From assembly GCA_963843555.1 (NCBI GenBank), contig CAWJKV010000002.1:256001-320000 (forward strand): a DNA stretch of 64,000 nt. Direction: 5' to 3'. The translations under genes and the position numbers were made by a program. Position 1 is the first letter of the stretch; every line of letters begins with the position of its first letter. Source of the DNA: an uncultured Methanosarcinales archaeon (lineage in GTDB: Archaea; Halobacteriota; Methanosarcinia; Methanotrichales; Methanotrichaceae). Positions 49,571 through 61,783 of the stretch are shown one piece after another. Under the pieces are notes generated by a model. That model did no database searches. It was given only the letters and a program-made list of their open reading frames with translations, and had not been told where the DNA came from.

Positions 49571-50608
49571 ATGAAAAACCAGAATCGAGCCAGGAGCATA
49601 ACCATGAAAAAGATTGTTGTCGCCGGGATAGCAGTCATATCTGCACTGGTGATGGTGGGATCAGGGCAATGGCCTTTCCCGAGTTCCGAGACAACCGATT
49701 CAGGAAATCCCGAATCGATCATCATCGGTGTCCCAGCTATTGAACATTCGGCACTCATATATATCGCTGAAAATCAGGGCTTTTTTGCCAAAAATGGCCT
49801 CAACGTAACCACGCGTGATTATACCGTATCACCCGAAGCTATGGACGGCCTGTTAAACAATATGGTAGACATAGCTTCGATAGGTGAGTATACCCTCGTC
49901 GATAAAGCGTTCAAAAAAGAAAAAATCCGCGTGATCGGGAATATCGATAAGTTTGAGACCACATATCTTATCGGCCGGAAAGACAAGGGGATTGAAAACA
50001 TCTCAGATCTGAAAGGCAAAAAAATAGGCTTAACCCGGGGAACTCTATCTGAATTCTACCTCGGCAGGTTACTCGATCTGAATGACATTAGCTTTCAGGA
50101 TGCGACTCTTGTAGATTTGCCATCTACGCAGTATGTGCAAGCTCTCACAAATGGCAGCGTCGATGCATTAGTGGCATCGAAAAAATATAAGGATCAAATC
50201 GAAAAACTGTCAGGTGCTAATGTTGTGGCATGGCCGGCTCAAAGCAACCAGCCGGGCTTTGTGCTTTTGACTTCTAGGGACGACTGGGTTGCCAACCATC
50301 CGGAGACGATAAACAAGCTCCTGAGATCTCTTGTCCAGGCTGAACAGTATTCTATTAATCATCCAGATGCTGCAAAGGCGATCGTGCAAAAAAGGCTGAA
50401 TTACACAGATGAATACATAGAAACTGTCTGGCCTAATCATCGGTTCACCCTGTCACTAGATCAGTCGCTTCTCATCGCAATGAATGATGAAGGGCGGTGG
50501 ATGATCAAGAACAACCTCACCGCCGAGAAGACATTACCGTATTTTAGGGATTACATATACACGGAAGGCCTTGAGGAAATAAAGCCTGAAGCGGTGAACA
50601 TCAAATGA
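49571..50608 (+). CDS. NitT/TauT-type substrate-binding protein
   Basis: LIYIAENQGFFAKNGLNV, DLKGKKIG, EFYLGRLL and LDQSLL.AM.DEGRWM. Confidence 0.92.
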   Translation: MKNQNRARSITMKKIVVAGIAVISALVMVGSGQWPFPSSETTDSGNPESIIIGVPAIEHSALIYIAENQGFFAKNGLNVTTRDYTVSPEAMDGLLNNMVDIASIGEYTLVDKAFKKEKIRVIGNIDKFETTYLIGRKDKGIENISDLKGKKIGLTRGTLSEFYLGRLLDLNDISFQDATLVDLPSTQYVQALTNGSVDALVASKKYKDQIEKLSGANVVAWPAQSNQPGFVLLTSRDDWVANHPETINKLLRSLVQAEQYSINHPDAAKAIVQKRLNYTDEYIETVWPNHRFTLSLDQSLLIAMNDEGRWMIKNNLTAEKTLPYFRDYIYTEGLEEIKPEAVNIK

Positions 50609-51642
50609 TTCGAGCCATAAAAACAGCGGGTAGTAAATCCATGAAAAGAATCGTTGTTACCGCGATAGCTGCAGTCTTTGTCATTGCCCTGGTGGGATCG
50701 GGGGCATGGCCTCTTCCGAATTCGGGGACAACCGATTCCGGAACCCCTGAGCCGATCACCATTGGGGGATATCCCTATGATGCAGCTGCATTAATTTATA
50801 TAGCTGCTGATCAGGGCTTTTTTACAGGGAATGGCCTTAATGTGACCATGCGAGATTATAATTCAGCACCCAGCGCGATCAATGGCTTGTTGAACGATGA
50901 TGTGGACATTGCGTTGTCATCAGAGTATGTCATAGTTGGTAAAGCGTTCAATAAAGAAAATATCAGCGTAATCGGGTGTATCGATAAGTATCAGATAGCA
51001 TATCTTGTCGGCAGGAAAGACCGGGGAATAAAAAACGTTTCAGACCTGAAAGGCAAAAAGATAGGCCTTTCCAGGGGTGGAACTCAAGAATTTTATCTTG
51101 GCAGGTTTCTCGATCTGCACGACATAAGCCTGCAGGATGTAACTATCGTGAACTTGCCCTCCTCACAATATGTGCAAGCCCTTACAAATGGCAGCGTCGA
51201 CGCGCTCATTACGGGGATATATATCGATCAAATTCGTGAGCGATTAGGTAGTAACACAGTGTTATGGTCAGTTCAAAACCACCAGGACAGTTATTTTGTC
51301 ATGTCCTGTAAGGGCGGCTGGATTGCCAGTCATCGTGATCAGATAAACAAGCTCCTGAAATCACTTGCCCAGTCAGAGGAGTATGCAATAAATCATCCGG
51401 CCAAAGCAAAGATGATAGTACAAAAGAGGCTGAACTACACGGATGCATATATAGCAACTGTCTGGCCTGGTCACCGGTTCTCCCTCTCGCTCGACCAATC
51501 GCTAGTCACTGTCATGGAAGACGAGGGGCGATGGATGATCAAGAACAACCTCACTACTGAAAAGAGGATACCAGATTTCAGGAATTACATCTACCCGGAA
51601 GGCCTGGAGGTTGTAAGACCAGAAGCGGTGAATATCCAGTAA
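50605..51642 (+). CDS. NitT/TauT-type substrate-binding protein (tandem paralogue)
   Basis: Same motifs as the upstream paralogue. Start may be 50641. Confidence 0.92.
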   Translation: MIRAIKTAGSKSMKRIVVTAIAAVFVIALVGSGAWPLPNSGTTDSGTPEPITIGGYPYDAAALIYIAADQGFFTGNGLNVTMRDYNSAPSAINGLLNDDVDIALSSEYVIVGKAFNKENISVIGCIDKYQIAYLVGRKDRGIKNVSDLKGKKIGLSRGGTQEFYLGRFLDLHDISLQDVTIVNLPSSQYVQALTNGSVDALITGIYIDQIRERLGSNTVLWSVQNHQDSYFVMSCKGGWIASHRDQINKLLKSLAQSEEYAINHPAKAKMIVQKRLNYTDAYIATVWPGHRFSLSLDQSLVTVMEDEGRWMIKNNLTTEKRIPDFRNYIYPEGLEVVRPEAVNIQ

Positions 51643-51654
51643 AATTGAGGAACA

Positions 51655-54600
51655 ATGAAAATCAGGACTCAGTTGATCGTCAGCACAGTCATCTTCGCCG
51701 TAGCCCTGGCAATCATCTCTGCATCTGTGATTTCCACAAATCAACAGGTAGAGCGGCTGAACAAGAAGGAAGAGCTTGCAAAGAAAATCGAGCTTAAAGT
51801 CGGTGAACTCAGCTATTTATCGAACGATTATCTTCTTTACCATGAAGGCCAGCAGATCGATCGATGGGAATCCAAATACTCTTCGATTTCCAATGACATA
51901 TCGAACCTGACTGTGAGCAGTCCCGAGCAGCAGGTGCTTGTCGATGATATCAAGGCAAATCATCAACGGTTGAAGGATGTCTTTGGCGATATAGTATCAG
52001 GAATCCAGAATGAACCGGAGAATCTGCAAAACACAGCTGACCCGGACTTTATTGAGGTTTCGTGGAGCAGAATGGGAGTTCAAACCCAGGGAATAGTATT
52101 CGATGCTTCACGCCTCTCGGAGATGCTGCGAGAGGAAGCAGATCAAGCGAGACAACAAAGTAACCTGCTCATCTTTGCCCTGATCGGTGCATTCGTTGCA
52201 TTTCTTTTCGCCGATTATCTCCTGATTTTCCGGCGCATATTGTTGTCTTTATCGAACCTCCAGGACGGAACAAGAATTATCGGTTCAGGCAATCTTGATT
52301 ATTCCCTTGAGGAAAAAAAGGATGACGAAATCGGTGAGTTAGCTCAGGCGTTTAACCTGATGACAGCCAACCTGAAAACGGTAACTGCTTCCAAAGCTGA
52401 TCTGGAAAGAGAGATTGTTGAGCGCAAACGAGCGGAGGAACGACTAACGTACCAGGCCAATTTGCTCACGAATATCACGGAAGTAATCTATTCCACTGAC
52501 GAGCAATTACGGCTTACATCCTGGAACCATGCGGCAGAAAAGGTATACGGGTTGAAGGAGGAGGAAGTCCTTGGAAGAAACGTCGCCGAGGTTACCGGCT
52601 CGAAGTTCGATCCCGAAATGAGGTCCCGATTGGCCGGGATCCTAGCAGAAACAGGGTCAGTCACGACAGAGATCGAACATACGACCAGGTCAGGAAAGAA
52701 TGTCATTTTTGATTCTAAGACAATGCTCATACGCGATACCGAGGGAAAGATAGTCGGCTTCATTGCTGTCAACCGCGACATCACAGAGCGCAAACAGGCC
52801 GAGGAGGAACTTCGGTATCATGCCAACCTGGTCGATAACGTTTCGGATGCTATCATTTCCACCGATAGAGAACTGAAAATCCGGAGCTGGAATAGGGCTG
52901 CCGAGCGGATATACGGATGGCAGGAGGATGAAGTCATTGGTCAGATCGGATCTAACGTTCTACAGACAGCGTTTCCGGAAGGGGTCAGCCGAGAAGCCAT
53001 CGCCAAGGACATTTTCGAAAAAGGCAGCTGGGAAGGGGAGCTTATCCAGAGGACTAAGGATGGCAGAGATATCACTGTAAATGCCAGAAGCATGGCGCTC
53101 AAGGATGAAGCTGGCAATGTAATTGGCGGAGTCTCTATTAGCCACGATATTACCGAGCGCAAACAGGCTGAAGAGGCATTGCGTGTGAGCGAGGAACATT
53201 TGCGTTCGCTGGCCGAAAACGTCCCCTGCGTGCTGATGAGGTTTGATCGGCAGCTCCGCGTCGTCTACCTGAGCAAGCAGTCCGATCGGTACAATCCGAA
53301 TCCGGTCGAACGAATGATCGGCCAGACCAACCGCGAAATGGGAATGCCGGAGGTGTTGTGCGACCTATGGGATGCGGCCATCGAGCGGGTGTTCCGCACG
53401 GGCACTCAGGAAGAGATGGAATTCGACTTCGTCGGGCCGTCCGGGATGCGGACGTTCGCGCTGACATTCGCGCCGGAATTCGGCCGGGACCATGAGATTC
53501 GATATGTACTCGGGGTCTCTTCGGACATCACCGATCGCAAACGGGCCGAAGAGCAGCGCCAGCGCCTAGCACAAGAGCTGGCCGACCGCGCCGTTGAACT
53601 CCAGGCCGTGCTGGACGCAGCACCAGTCGCCGTCTGGATCGCTCACGATCCTCAGTGCCTCCAGATCACAGGCAACGCCTATGCCGATCAAATCCTGCAA
53701 GCCCCGCACAGAGGCAATGTCTCCCGCAGTGCCCTGCCCGGCGAAGTGGCTGTCTCCTACAAGGTCTTCCGCAATGGCGTGGAGCTGCAGCCTGAGGAGA
53801 TGCCAGCCCAGGTCGCCACTGCCACGGGCAAACCTGTCATGGGTGATGAACTGGAGCTGATCTTTCCCGACGGGCGAGTCGTCTACCTGATCGAGAGCGC
53901 CGTGCCTCTCTTCGACGCCGAGGGCCATGTACGAGGCGCTGTCATCGCTGGCTCGGATGTGACAGAGCTCAAGCTGGTCGAAGAGGCATTGAGCAGATCC
54001 AGGGACGAGCTGGAGCAGAGGGTCAAGGAAAGAACTGCTGAGCTATCCAATGCCAAGGATGAAGTGGAGTCGATTAACGAAGAGCTGCAGGTGGAGATCC
54101 AAGCACAAAAGAAGGCAGAAGAGGATCTTGTAGAAGCCAAAGAGGCTGCTGAGGTCGGCTCGCGTGCGAAGGCAGAGTTCCTGGCCAATATGAGCCATGA
54201 GATCAGGACGCCCATGAATTCGATAATAGGCTTTACCGAGCTTCTTCTGGACGAACCTTTAGGCCCCGTGCAGAAGGATTACCTTGAGACCATCAGGATC
54301 AACGGCGATGCGCTTCTAACAATCATCAATGATATCCTGGATTTCTCCAAAATGGAAACCGATAAGCTGGTCCTTGAGGATCAGCCTTTCAATCTACGTA
54401 GTTGCGTTGAGGAATCTCTGGACCTGGTATCAGTTAAGGCATCAGAGAAGGGCCTGAACCTCGCCTATGCCATCGATAAAGGAGTTCCTGATACCATTAT
54501 CGGTGACCCGGGCAGGGTTCGACAGGTGTTGGCAAATCTGCTCTCAAACGCCGTCAAATTCACTGATGTTGGCGAGGTTACAATTTCAGTCTCAAGCCAG

Positions 54601-55698
54601 CAGCTTGATGGAACAAATGAAGTTCATTTCGCAGTTCAGGATACAGGCATAGGCATCCCTCAGGGCAGCATGCACCAGCTGTTCCAACCCTTTAACCAGA
54701 TGGAGCCATCGACCACTCGGCTGTACGGCGGGACGGGCCTGGGTCTCGCCATATCCAAGAAGCTGGTAGAGCTGATGGGCGGTCGAATCTGGGCCGAGAG
54801 CGAAGTTGGCAATGGGTCGACGTTCCACTTCACCATAAAGGCACCTTCAGGCCAGGTTGAGCCCGAGCCCGCCGGAGTTTCGCCTCATCTGATAGGCAAA
54901 CATGTGCTTATAATCGAAGACAATAAGACCAACCGCCGCATCCTGAGCAAACAGGTTTACGATTGGGGCATGGTTCCCATAGCTGCAAAATCAGGCCAAG
55001 AAGCCCTAAGCTGGGTCCGGAGAGGAGATAACTATGGTATTGCTATTCTGGATATGGATTTGCAGGATATGGACGCCCTGGAGTTGGAAGAAAAAATACG
55101 CAAATACAATAAGACTTTGCCTCTGGTGCTTCTGACGTCTTACGGAAAACGTGTGCCCCCTAACCATGCCTATCTGACCAAGCCTATCAAGCCCTCTTTG
55201 CTACATAAAGTCCTGACAGATATATTGCCCAGGACTGATACATTGCCGAAGGAACCGGCCAAGTGCCAGACAAATGCATCTGGAGTTGATCAGCCCATTC
55301 AGAATAGCTCTCTGAGAATACTGCTGGCCGAGGATAACATATCCAGCCAGAAGGTCGCTCAACATATGTTAAAGAAGCTGGGATATCGGGCCGATACCGT
55401 AGCCAACGGAATAGAGGCCCTGCAGGCACTGGAACGCCAGCACTACGATGTGGTTCTCATGGACGTTAAGATGCCCGAGATGGACGGCCTGGAAGCCACA
55501 CGTATTATCCGCCAGCGCTGGCCGGATAATGGACCGAAGGTAATAGCGATTACTGCTTATGCACTGGAAGGCGACCGGGAGAAGTTCATCGAAGCTGGCA
55601 TGGACGACTACATGGCCAAGCCGGTAGAGATAAATGATCTGAGAGCAGTTCTGGAAAGGAACTTTGCAGGCAAGAACAAAACGGAGCGATTAAGGTGA
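51655..55698 (+). CDS. Membrane hybrid histidine kinase (TM-helical sensor-TM-HAMP-4 PAS-HisKA-HATPase-2 REC)
   Basis: Two TM helices, HAMP (DEIGELAQAFNLM), DITERK linkers, [12 protein letters not shown] and REC motifs. Confidence 0.95.
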   Translation: MKIRTQLIVSTVIFAVALAIISASVISTNQQVERLNKKEELAKKIELKVGELSYLSNDYLLYHEGQQIDRWESKYSSISNDISNLTVSSPEQQVLVDDIKANHQRLKDVFGDIVSGIQNEPENLQNTADPDFIEVSWSRMGVQTQGIVFDASRLSEMLREEADQARQQSNLLIFALIGAFVAFLFADYLLIFRRILLSLSNLQDGTRIIGSGNLDYSLEEKKDDEIGELAQAFNLMTANLKTVTASKADLEREIVERKRAEERLTYQANLLTNITEVIYSTDEQLRLTSWNHAAEKVYGLKEEEVLGRNVAEVTGSKFDPEMRSRLAGILAETGSVTTEIEHTTRSGKNVIFDSKTMLIRDTEGKIVGFIAVNRDITERKQAEEELRYHANLVDNVSDAIISTDRELKIRSWNRAAERIYGWQEDEVIGQIGSNVLQTAFPEGVSREAIAKDIFEKGSWEGELIQRTKDGRDITVNARSMALKDEAGNVIGGVSISHDITERKQAEEALRVSEEHLRSLAENVPCVLMRFDRQLRVVYLSKQSDRYNPNPVERMIGQTNREMGMPEVLCDLWDAAIERVFRTGTQEEMEFDFVGPSGMRTFALTFAPEFGRDHEIRYVLGVSSDITDRKRAEEQRQRLAQELADRAVELQAVLDAAPVAVWIAHDPQCLQITGNAYADQILQAPHRGNVSRSALPGEVAVSYKVFRNGVELQPEEMPAQVATATGKPVMGDELELIFPDGRVVYLIESAVPLFDAEGHVRGAVIAGSDVTELKLVEEALSRSRDELEQRVKERTAELSNAKDEVESINEELQVEIQAQKKAEEDLVEAKEAAEVGSRAKAEFLANMSHEIRTPMNSIIGFTELLLDEPLGPVQKDYLETIRINGDALLTIINDILDFSKMETDKLVLEDQPFNLRSCVEESLDLVSVKASEKGLNLAYAIDKGVPDTIIGDPGRVRQVLANLLSNAVKFTDVGEVTISVSSQQLDGTNEVHFAVQDTGIGIPQGSMHQLFQPFNQMEPSTTRLYGGTGLGLAISKKLVELMGGRIWAESEVGNGSTFHFTIKAPSGQVEPEPAGVSPHLIGKHVLIIEDNKTNRRILSKQVYDWGMVPIAAKSGQEALSWVRRGDNYGIAILDMDLQDMDALELEEKIRKYNKTLPLVLLTSYGKRVPPNHAYLTKPIKPSLLHKVLTDILPRTDTLPKEPAKCQTNASGVDQPIQNSSLRILLAEDNISSQKVAQHMLKKLGYRADTVANGIEALQALERQHYDVVLMDVKMPEMDGLEATRIIRQRWPDNGPKVIAITAYALEGDREKFIEAGMDDYMAKPVEINDLRAVLERNFAGKNKTERLR

Positions 55699-58600
55699 TG
55701 GAATCGGCCTTGAGACGAACAGGGATCGATGTTATCGGCAGTGTCCCCTGGGGGACTCATTTCTGCCAGTTCTATGAAGCTGGCCAGGATCTGATAGACA
55801 TTCTGGTGCCTTATTTTAAGGAAGGCCTGGATGCAGGCGAGTTCTGCATGTGGGTGACCTCAGAGCCCCTGAGGGTAGAACAGGCGACTTTAGCGCTTCG
55901 GGCTGCGGTCCCGGACCTGAACGATTACATCGACAGAGGCCAGATTGAGATCCTCGATTACAGTCAGTGGTACACCAAATCGGGCAGGTTCTCAGCAGAT
56001 GAGGTGCTCAAGGGCTGGGTAGACAAACTGAACAAGGCCCAGGAACGGGGATTCGAAGGACTCAGGCTGACTGGAAACACTTTCTGGCTGGAGAAGGCCG
56101 ACTGGGATGACTTCACCCGGTATGAAGAGAAGGTCAACAATGTCATCGGCCGGTACAAAATGCTGGCCATATGCACCTATTGCCTTCAGAAGTGCAATGC
56201 TTTAGAGATATTGGATGTCGTCGCCAACCACCAGTTCGCCCTCATCAAGCGCTCTGGACGGTGGGGAATCATTGAGAGCAGACAGCACAAAAAGACAGAG
56301 CAGGCGCTGCGAGAGAGCGAACGAGAAGCTGTCGGCCCTATACACTTCGATGGTTGAGGGAGTCGCACTTCATGAGATAGTTTACGACAGTGCTGGAAAT
56401 CCGGCGGATTACATTATAACCGATGTAAATCCCTCCTTCGAAAAGATCACGGGGTTTTCAAGGGATGACTCCTTGGGCAAAAAGGCATCAGCGCTTTATG
56501 GAACAGACGAGCCTCCTTATCTGGATGTGTACGCCAGAGTCGCTTCTTCCGGCAAGCCAGAGTCGTTCGAGACCTACTTCGAGCCGATGAAAAAACATTT
56601 CAGCATATCTGTATTCTCCCCGGCCCAGGGTAAATTTGCGACCGTCTTTTCGGACATTACCGAGCGCAAGCTGATGGAAAAAGCTTTGCAGGAAAGCCGG
56701 GAAGAGCTTGTTGTACAATCTGAGGAACTCGAAACCCAGAATGAAGAGTTGCGCACCGGAAACGAAGAGCTAGCAGAGGCGATCAGAAAGCTGCAGGAGA
56801 GTGAGACACGCTACAAATCCCTTGCTGAGAACGTACCATCTATCCTAATGCGCTACGATCGAGGCTTAAGGGTGATCTACCTCAGCCCCCAGTCTGAGGA
56901 CATCACTGGCATCCCCACTGAACAGTTCATTGGCAAGACCAACCGTGAGGCAGGCATGCCTGAAGACCTCTGCAATATGTGGGAGGCTGCCATCCAGCGA
57001 GTGTTCAAAACCGGAGCCAACCAGGACCTGGAGTTCGAGTTTCCTGCAGTAGATGGCAGCGGTTCAAAAGCGTTTTATCTTAAGCTAGCTCCTGAATACG
57101 CACCAGACGGTGACATTGTTCAGTATGTACTGGGCATCTCCACTGATATAACCGAGCGCAAGAGAGCAGAGAATTTATTGCAAACCAATCTACATCGCTT
57201 CTATACTGTTCTTTCAAGCATGTACGCCGGCATTTTGCTTGTGACGGATAATGGCCAGGTTGAATATGCCAATCAAGCATTTTGTGACATGTTTGATCTG
57301 TTGGACTCACCCCCGGACCTGGTGGGGCTGACTCCAAGCGAAATGATTGAAACAATTAAGAATGCTTATCATAATCCTGAAGAGGCAGTTGCCCGCATTA
57401 AAGAAATAGTCTATCTAGGACAACCCGTAAGAGGCGAGGAAATTGCCCTGCAGGACGATAGGACGTGCCTGCGGGATTTCGCCCCAATATACGTAGACGG
57501 AAAATCCTATGGTCGGTTATGGCATCACCTGGACATCACCGAGCGCAAGAGGACTGAAGAGGAACTGGCCAGGTTTGCGTCCTTCCCCAAACTCAACCCG
57601 AATCCCGTTGTCGAAGTTGACCTGGAGGGTTGTATATTTTTCCTCAACCCTGCCGCCCAAAAGTTGTTACCCGGTCTCCAGGAAGAAGGGCAAGATCACC
57701 CCTGGTTGGCCGACTGGGAGTCAGTAGCGCGATTGCTTTGCGATAGCCAGACGGGCACGTATGTAAGGGATGTGTCCGTTGGCGATAACTGGTATCAGCA
57801 GACGATGTATATTGTGCCCGATGTCCAGAGCATACGCATTTATGGCCTGGATATAACTGAGCGCAAGAGGGCGGAAATAGCGCTGCAGGATGCCAAAGAA
57901 GAGCTGGAGGTTGCAGCAGAGGAATTGCGATTGCAGAACGATGAACTCATACATGCTCAATCGGCTCTGCTGGAGAGCGAAAATCGGCTGCGGACTCTTG
58001 GGGACAATCTGCCGGAGAGCGCCGTCTATCAATATACTCATGAGGCAGACGGTGGCGTTCATTTCCTTTACGTCAGCGCGGGCATAGAACGGCTCAACGC
58101 CGTCAGGGTTCGAGACGTGCTGCAAGATGCAGGCACGTTGCACCGACAGATTCCACCTGAGTATTACGAGCAGCTTGTTGAAGCTGAGGCACAGAGCGCT
58201 CGTGATCTATCTGACTTCGACATGGAAGTGCCGATGCATCGGCCCGACGGGCAGGTGCGCTGGATGAGGTTGCGCTCTCGTCCACACCGGATGCAAGACG
58301 GCCGCACTATTTGGGACGGCGTGCAAACCGACGTGACAGAACGCAAACGGGCCGAGGAAGCGCTTCGGGAGAGTCAGGCACTTTTGAGCGCGGTCACTGA
58401 AGGCATTCCTGATCCCATTTTTGTCAAAGATCGCGAGAGCCGCATCATTATGGCCAATCCTGCCACGCTCCGAATCATGGGCAAGCCCCTGGAAGAGACG
58501 ATCGGGAAGAACGATCGTGAGCTATACAACGACCCGGCGATTGGAGAGGCCATCATGGCAAACGACCGGAGGATCATGGACTCTGGCCAGATGGAAGTTG

Positions 58601-61587
58601 TCGAAGAGGTTGGGCAGACGTCTGATGGTTACCGGACCTTCCTCTCCACCAAGATGCCCTACCGTAATAGCAATGGCGAGATCATCGGTATTCTGGGCAT
58701 AACCCGGGACATCACCGAGCGCAAGCGGATGGAAGAGGAACTGCGAAAAAGTGAGAATCAGTTTAAAGTGCTCATCGATAACTTGAGTTCTGGAGTTGCA
58801 CTGATCGATGAACATGGCAAGTTCACGATATATAATCCGGCGTTTTTGCAGATGTTTGGCCTATTTGAAGATCCATCTAATATTAAGAACGTCAACGATC
58901 AAAACTGGAGCGATTGGCAGGTATTCGGAGAAGACGGCACATTGTTGCATGTTGATGACCATCCCGTTCGGAAAGCTGCAATGACTGGCAAGCCTGTCAG
59001 TAACAAGCTTATAGGTGTGAAATTGCCTTCTGGCGGGGAACTCGTTTGGATGCTAATCAGTGCCGAGCCCATACTCAAACCCGATGGCAAAGTCGACCTA
59101 TTGATATGCACTTACCACAACGTTACCGAGCGCAAGCAGGCCGAGGAAGCTTTACGAGAAACCCGGAACTATTTGGAGAACTTGATCGATTATGCCAATG
59201 CGCCCATTATCGTCTGGGATACCTCATTTAGAATCACCAGGTTTAACCACGCCTTTGAGCACTTAACTGGCCTCCGAGCTGCTGAAGCTCTCGGAAAGCC
59301 TCTGGACATGCTCTTCCCGGAGGAGAGCAAAGAGCAGTCTCTGGAGCACATCGGCCGCACTTTGTCAGGAGAACGATGGGACGCTGTGGAAATTCCCATT
59401 CTGCATGTGGATGGGTCGGTTTGGACCGTCTTATGGAACTCGGCCAACATTTACGATAAAGACGGCGAAATGGTCATTGCCACCATTGCCCAGGGCCAGG
59501 ACATCACCGAGCGCAAGAAGGCTGAGAAGACTCTGCAGGAGAGCGAAGCAAAGTACCGCAACCTCTTCATGAATATAACAGAAGAGGTGCATTTCTGGGA
59601 GCTCATCCGGGATGAAGAGGGCCGGATAAAGACATGGAGACTGGTGGACGCCAACCCACCCACCCTCAAGACCTGGGGCAAGGCGCTCGATGAAATCAAG
59701 GGCAGGACCACGGATGAGATCTTCGGCCCAGGTGCGACGGATCACTACATGCCCGTTGTGCAGAAGATCATGACCGAAGGCATTCCGTATTCCTTCGAAG
59801 ATTACTTCCCCAATTTGGATAAGTACTTCATGTTCACCAGTGTTCCTCTGGGCGACTATTTCGTCACTACGGGTGCCGACATCACGGGCATAAAGAAGGT
59901 TCAGGCGGAGCTTCTCAGGGCCAGGGACGAGCTTGAGCAGAGGGTCCAGGAGAGGACGGCAGAGCTCCAGGACGCAAAAGAGAATCTGGAGGTCATCAAC
60001 GAAGAACTCAGAGTAGAGATCGATGAGCATGAGAAGACAGAGAAGGAGCTTCTGAAAGCCAATGATGTGGCAGAGGAAGCTGTAAAGGCCAAGTCCCTAT
60101 TCCTGGCCAACATGTCCCACGAGCTGCGGACGCCCATGAACTCAGTAATCGGCTTTACCGGCCTCCTCCTGGACGAGCCTTTGGCTCCCGAACAGAAGGA
60201 ATATTTAGAGAGCATAAGAAACAGCGGCCAAGCCCTGCTTGCGCTGATAGGCGATCTCCTGGACTTCTCCCGCCTAGAGAGGGAGAACGTCGAGATCGAG
60301 GATCAACCCTTCGATCTCCGAAGCTGCATTGAGGAAGCTTTAGACCTGGTTTCGGGTGAAGCCGCGAAGAAGAACCTGGACCTGGCCTACTTGATCGATA
60401 GAAATATGCCTGAAGCCGTTACAGGAGATCCGGCCAGGCTCCGGCAGGTTTTGGTAAACCTCCTTGGTAACGCCATCAAATATACGGATGAGGGCGAAGC
60501 TGTCCTCTCTGTGTCATCGAAAGGGCAAGATGAGATTCTATTCGAGATCAGGGATACGGGCATAGGCATTCCCGAAGAGAAAATAAGCATCCTCTTCCAG
60601 CCATTCTCCAGGGTAGACGAATCTTTCAGCAGCAGGTCGGAGGGCGCAGGTCTAGGGCTTGCCATATCCAAGAGGCTCGTGGAGATGATGGGTGGGAAAA
60701 TCTGGGTTCAGTCCGAAGTCGGCAAAGGCTCGACCTTCTCCATCACCATTAAAGCCAAAGCCGTTCCAGGCAAGCCCAGGACGATCCCGACAGGCATTCA
60801 GCCGAGGCTTCTGGGCAAGCATATCCTCATCGTCGATGATAACAGGACTAACCGTATTATCCTAGGAAAACAGCTCAACTCCTGGGGCATGATACCTGTG
60901 CCTAAACCATCCGGCCAGGAAGCACTGGCTCTGATCAGAGGTGGAGCGCCCTTCCATGCTGCCATCCTTGACATGATGATGCCCGAAATGGACGGAATCG
61001 CCCTGGCCAGGGAGATACGCAAATACAGGAAAGATCTGCCCCTGATCCAACTCTTGTCAATGGGCCAGAAAGGAAACCCTGAACTCTTCCGGGCCGTCTT
61101 GAATAAGCCTATCAGACCCGCACAACTCCACAGAGTTCTTTCGGATGCACTCGAAGGTCAGCAATCCAGTGAGGGAAGAGAGAGCTTTGGTGCAGAGGCC
61201 GGTTTCAGTTCCATGAGAATCCTGCTGGCCGAGGACAATGTGTCCAACCAGAGGGTAACCCTGGAGATGCTAAAGAAGTTAGGCTACAGGGCAGACGCCG
61301 TGGCCAACGGCGCTGAAGCCATCCAGGCTCTGGAGCGCCAGCACTATGATCTAATCCTCATGGATGTTAAGATGCCAGTATTAGGCGGCATCGAGGCCAC
61401 AAGGATTATACGGGAGCGCTGGCCTGATAACGGCCATAAGATTATAGCCATTACTGCTTACGCACTTGCCGGTGATAGGGAGAGGTGTCTTGCTGCCGGA
61501 ATGGATGGCTACATCCCGAAGCCTGTGCAGAAAGAGGATCTGGCAGAGGTGCTGAGAGAGTATGAATCTTCCCAGGACAGTCCTTGA
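55698..61587 (+). CDS. Very large cytoplasmic hybrid kinase (MEDS + ~9 PAS + HisKA + HATPase + 2 REC), frameshift near 56320
   Basis: MEDS motif PWGTHFCQFY...LRLTGN...ICTY; repeated PAS/PAC modules; ANMSHELRTPMN. Confidence 0.9.
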
Positions 61588-61783
61588 TTGAGATGCAGAA
61601 ACATTTCATGCTGAATGCGTCGTCTATACCGGATTTCAGGACTGCGTCTACAAGGACGGCTTTAGAAAGTGAGACCCGGGCTGGTGAACAACATCGGGTG
61701 ATTGAACAAACATTACGGCCTACGATACCGGATTGGCTACGATCGATGACAGTGAAATGACGTCGATAAATAACTATCAAAAT

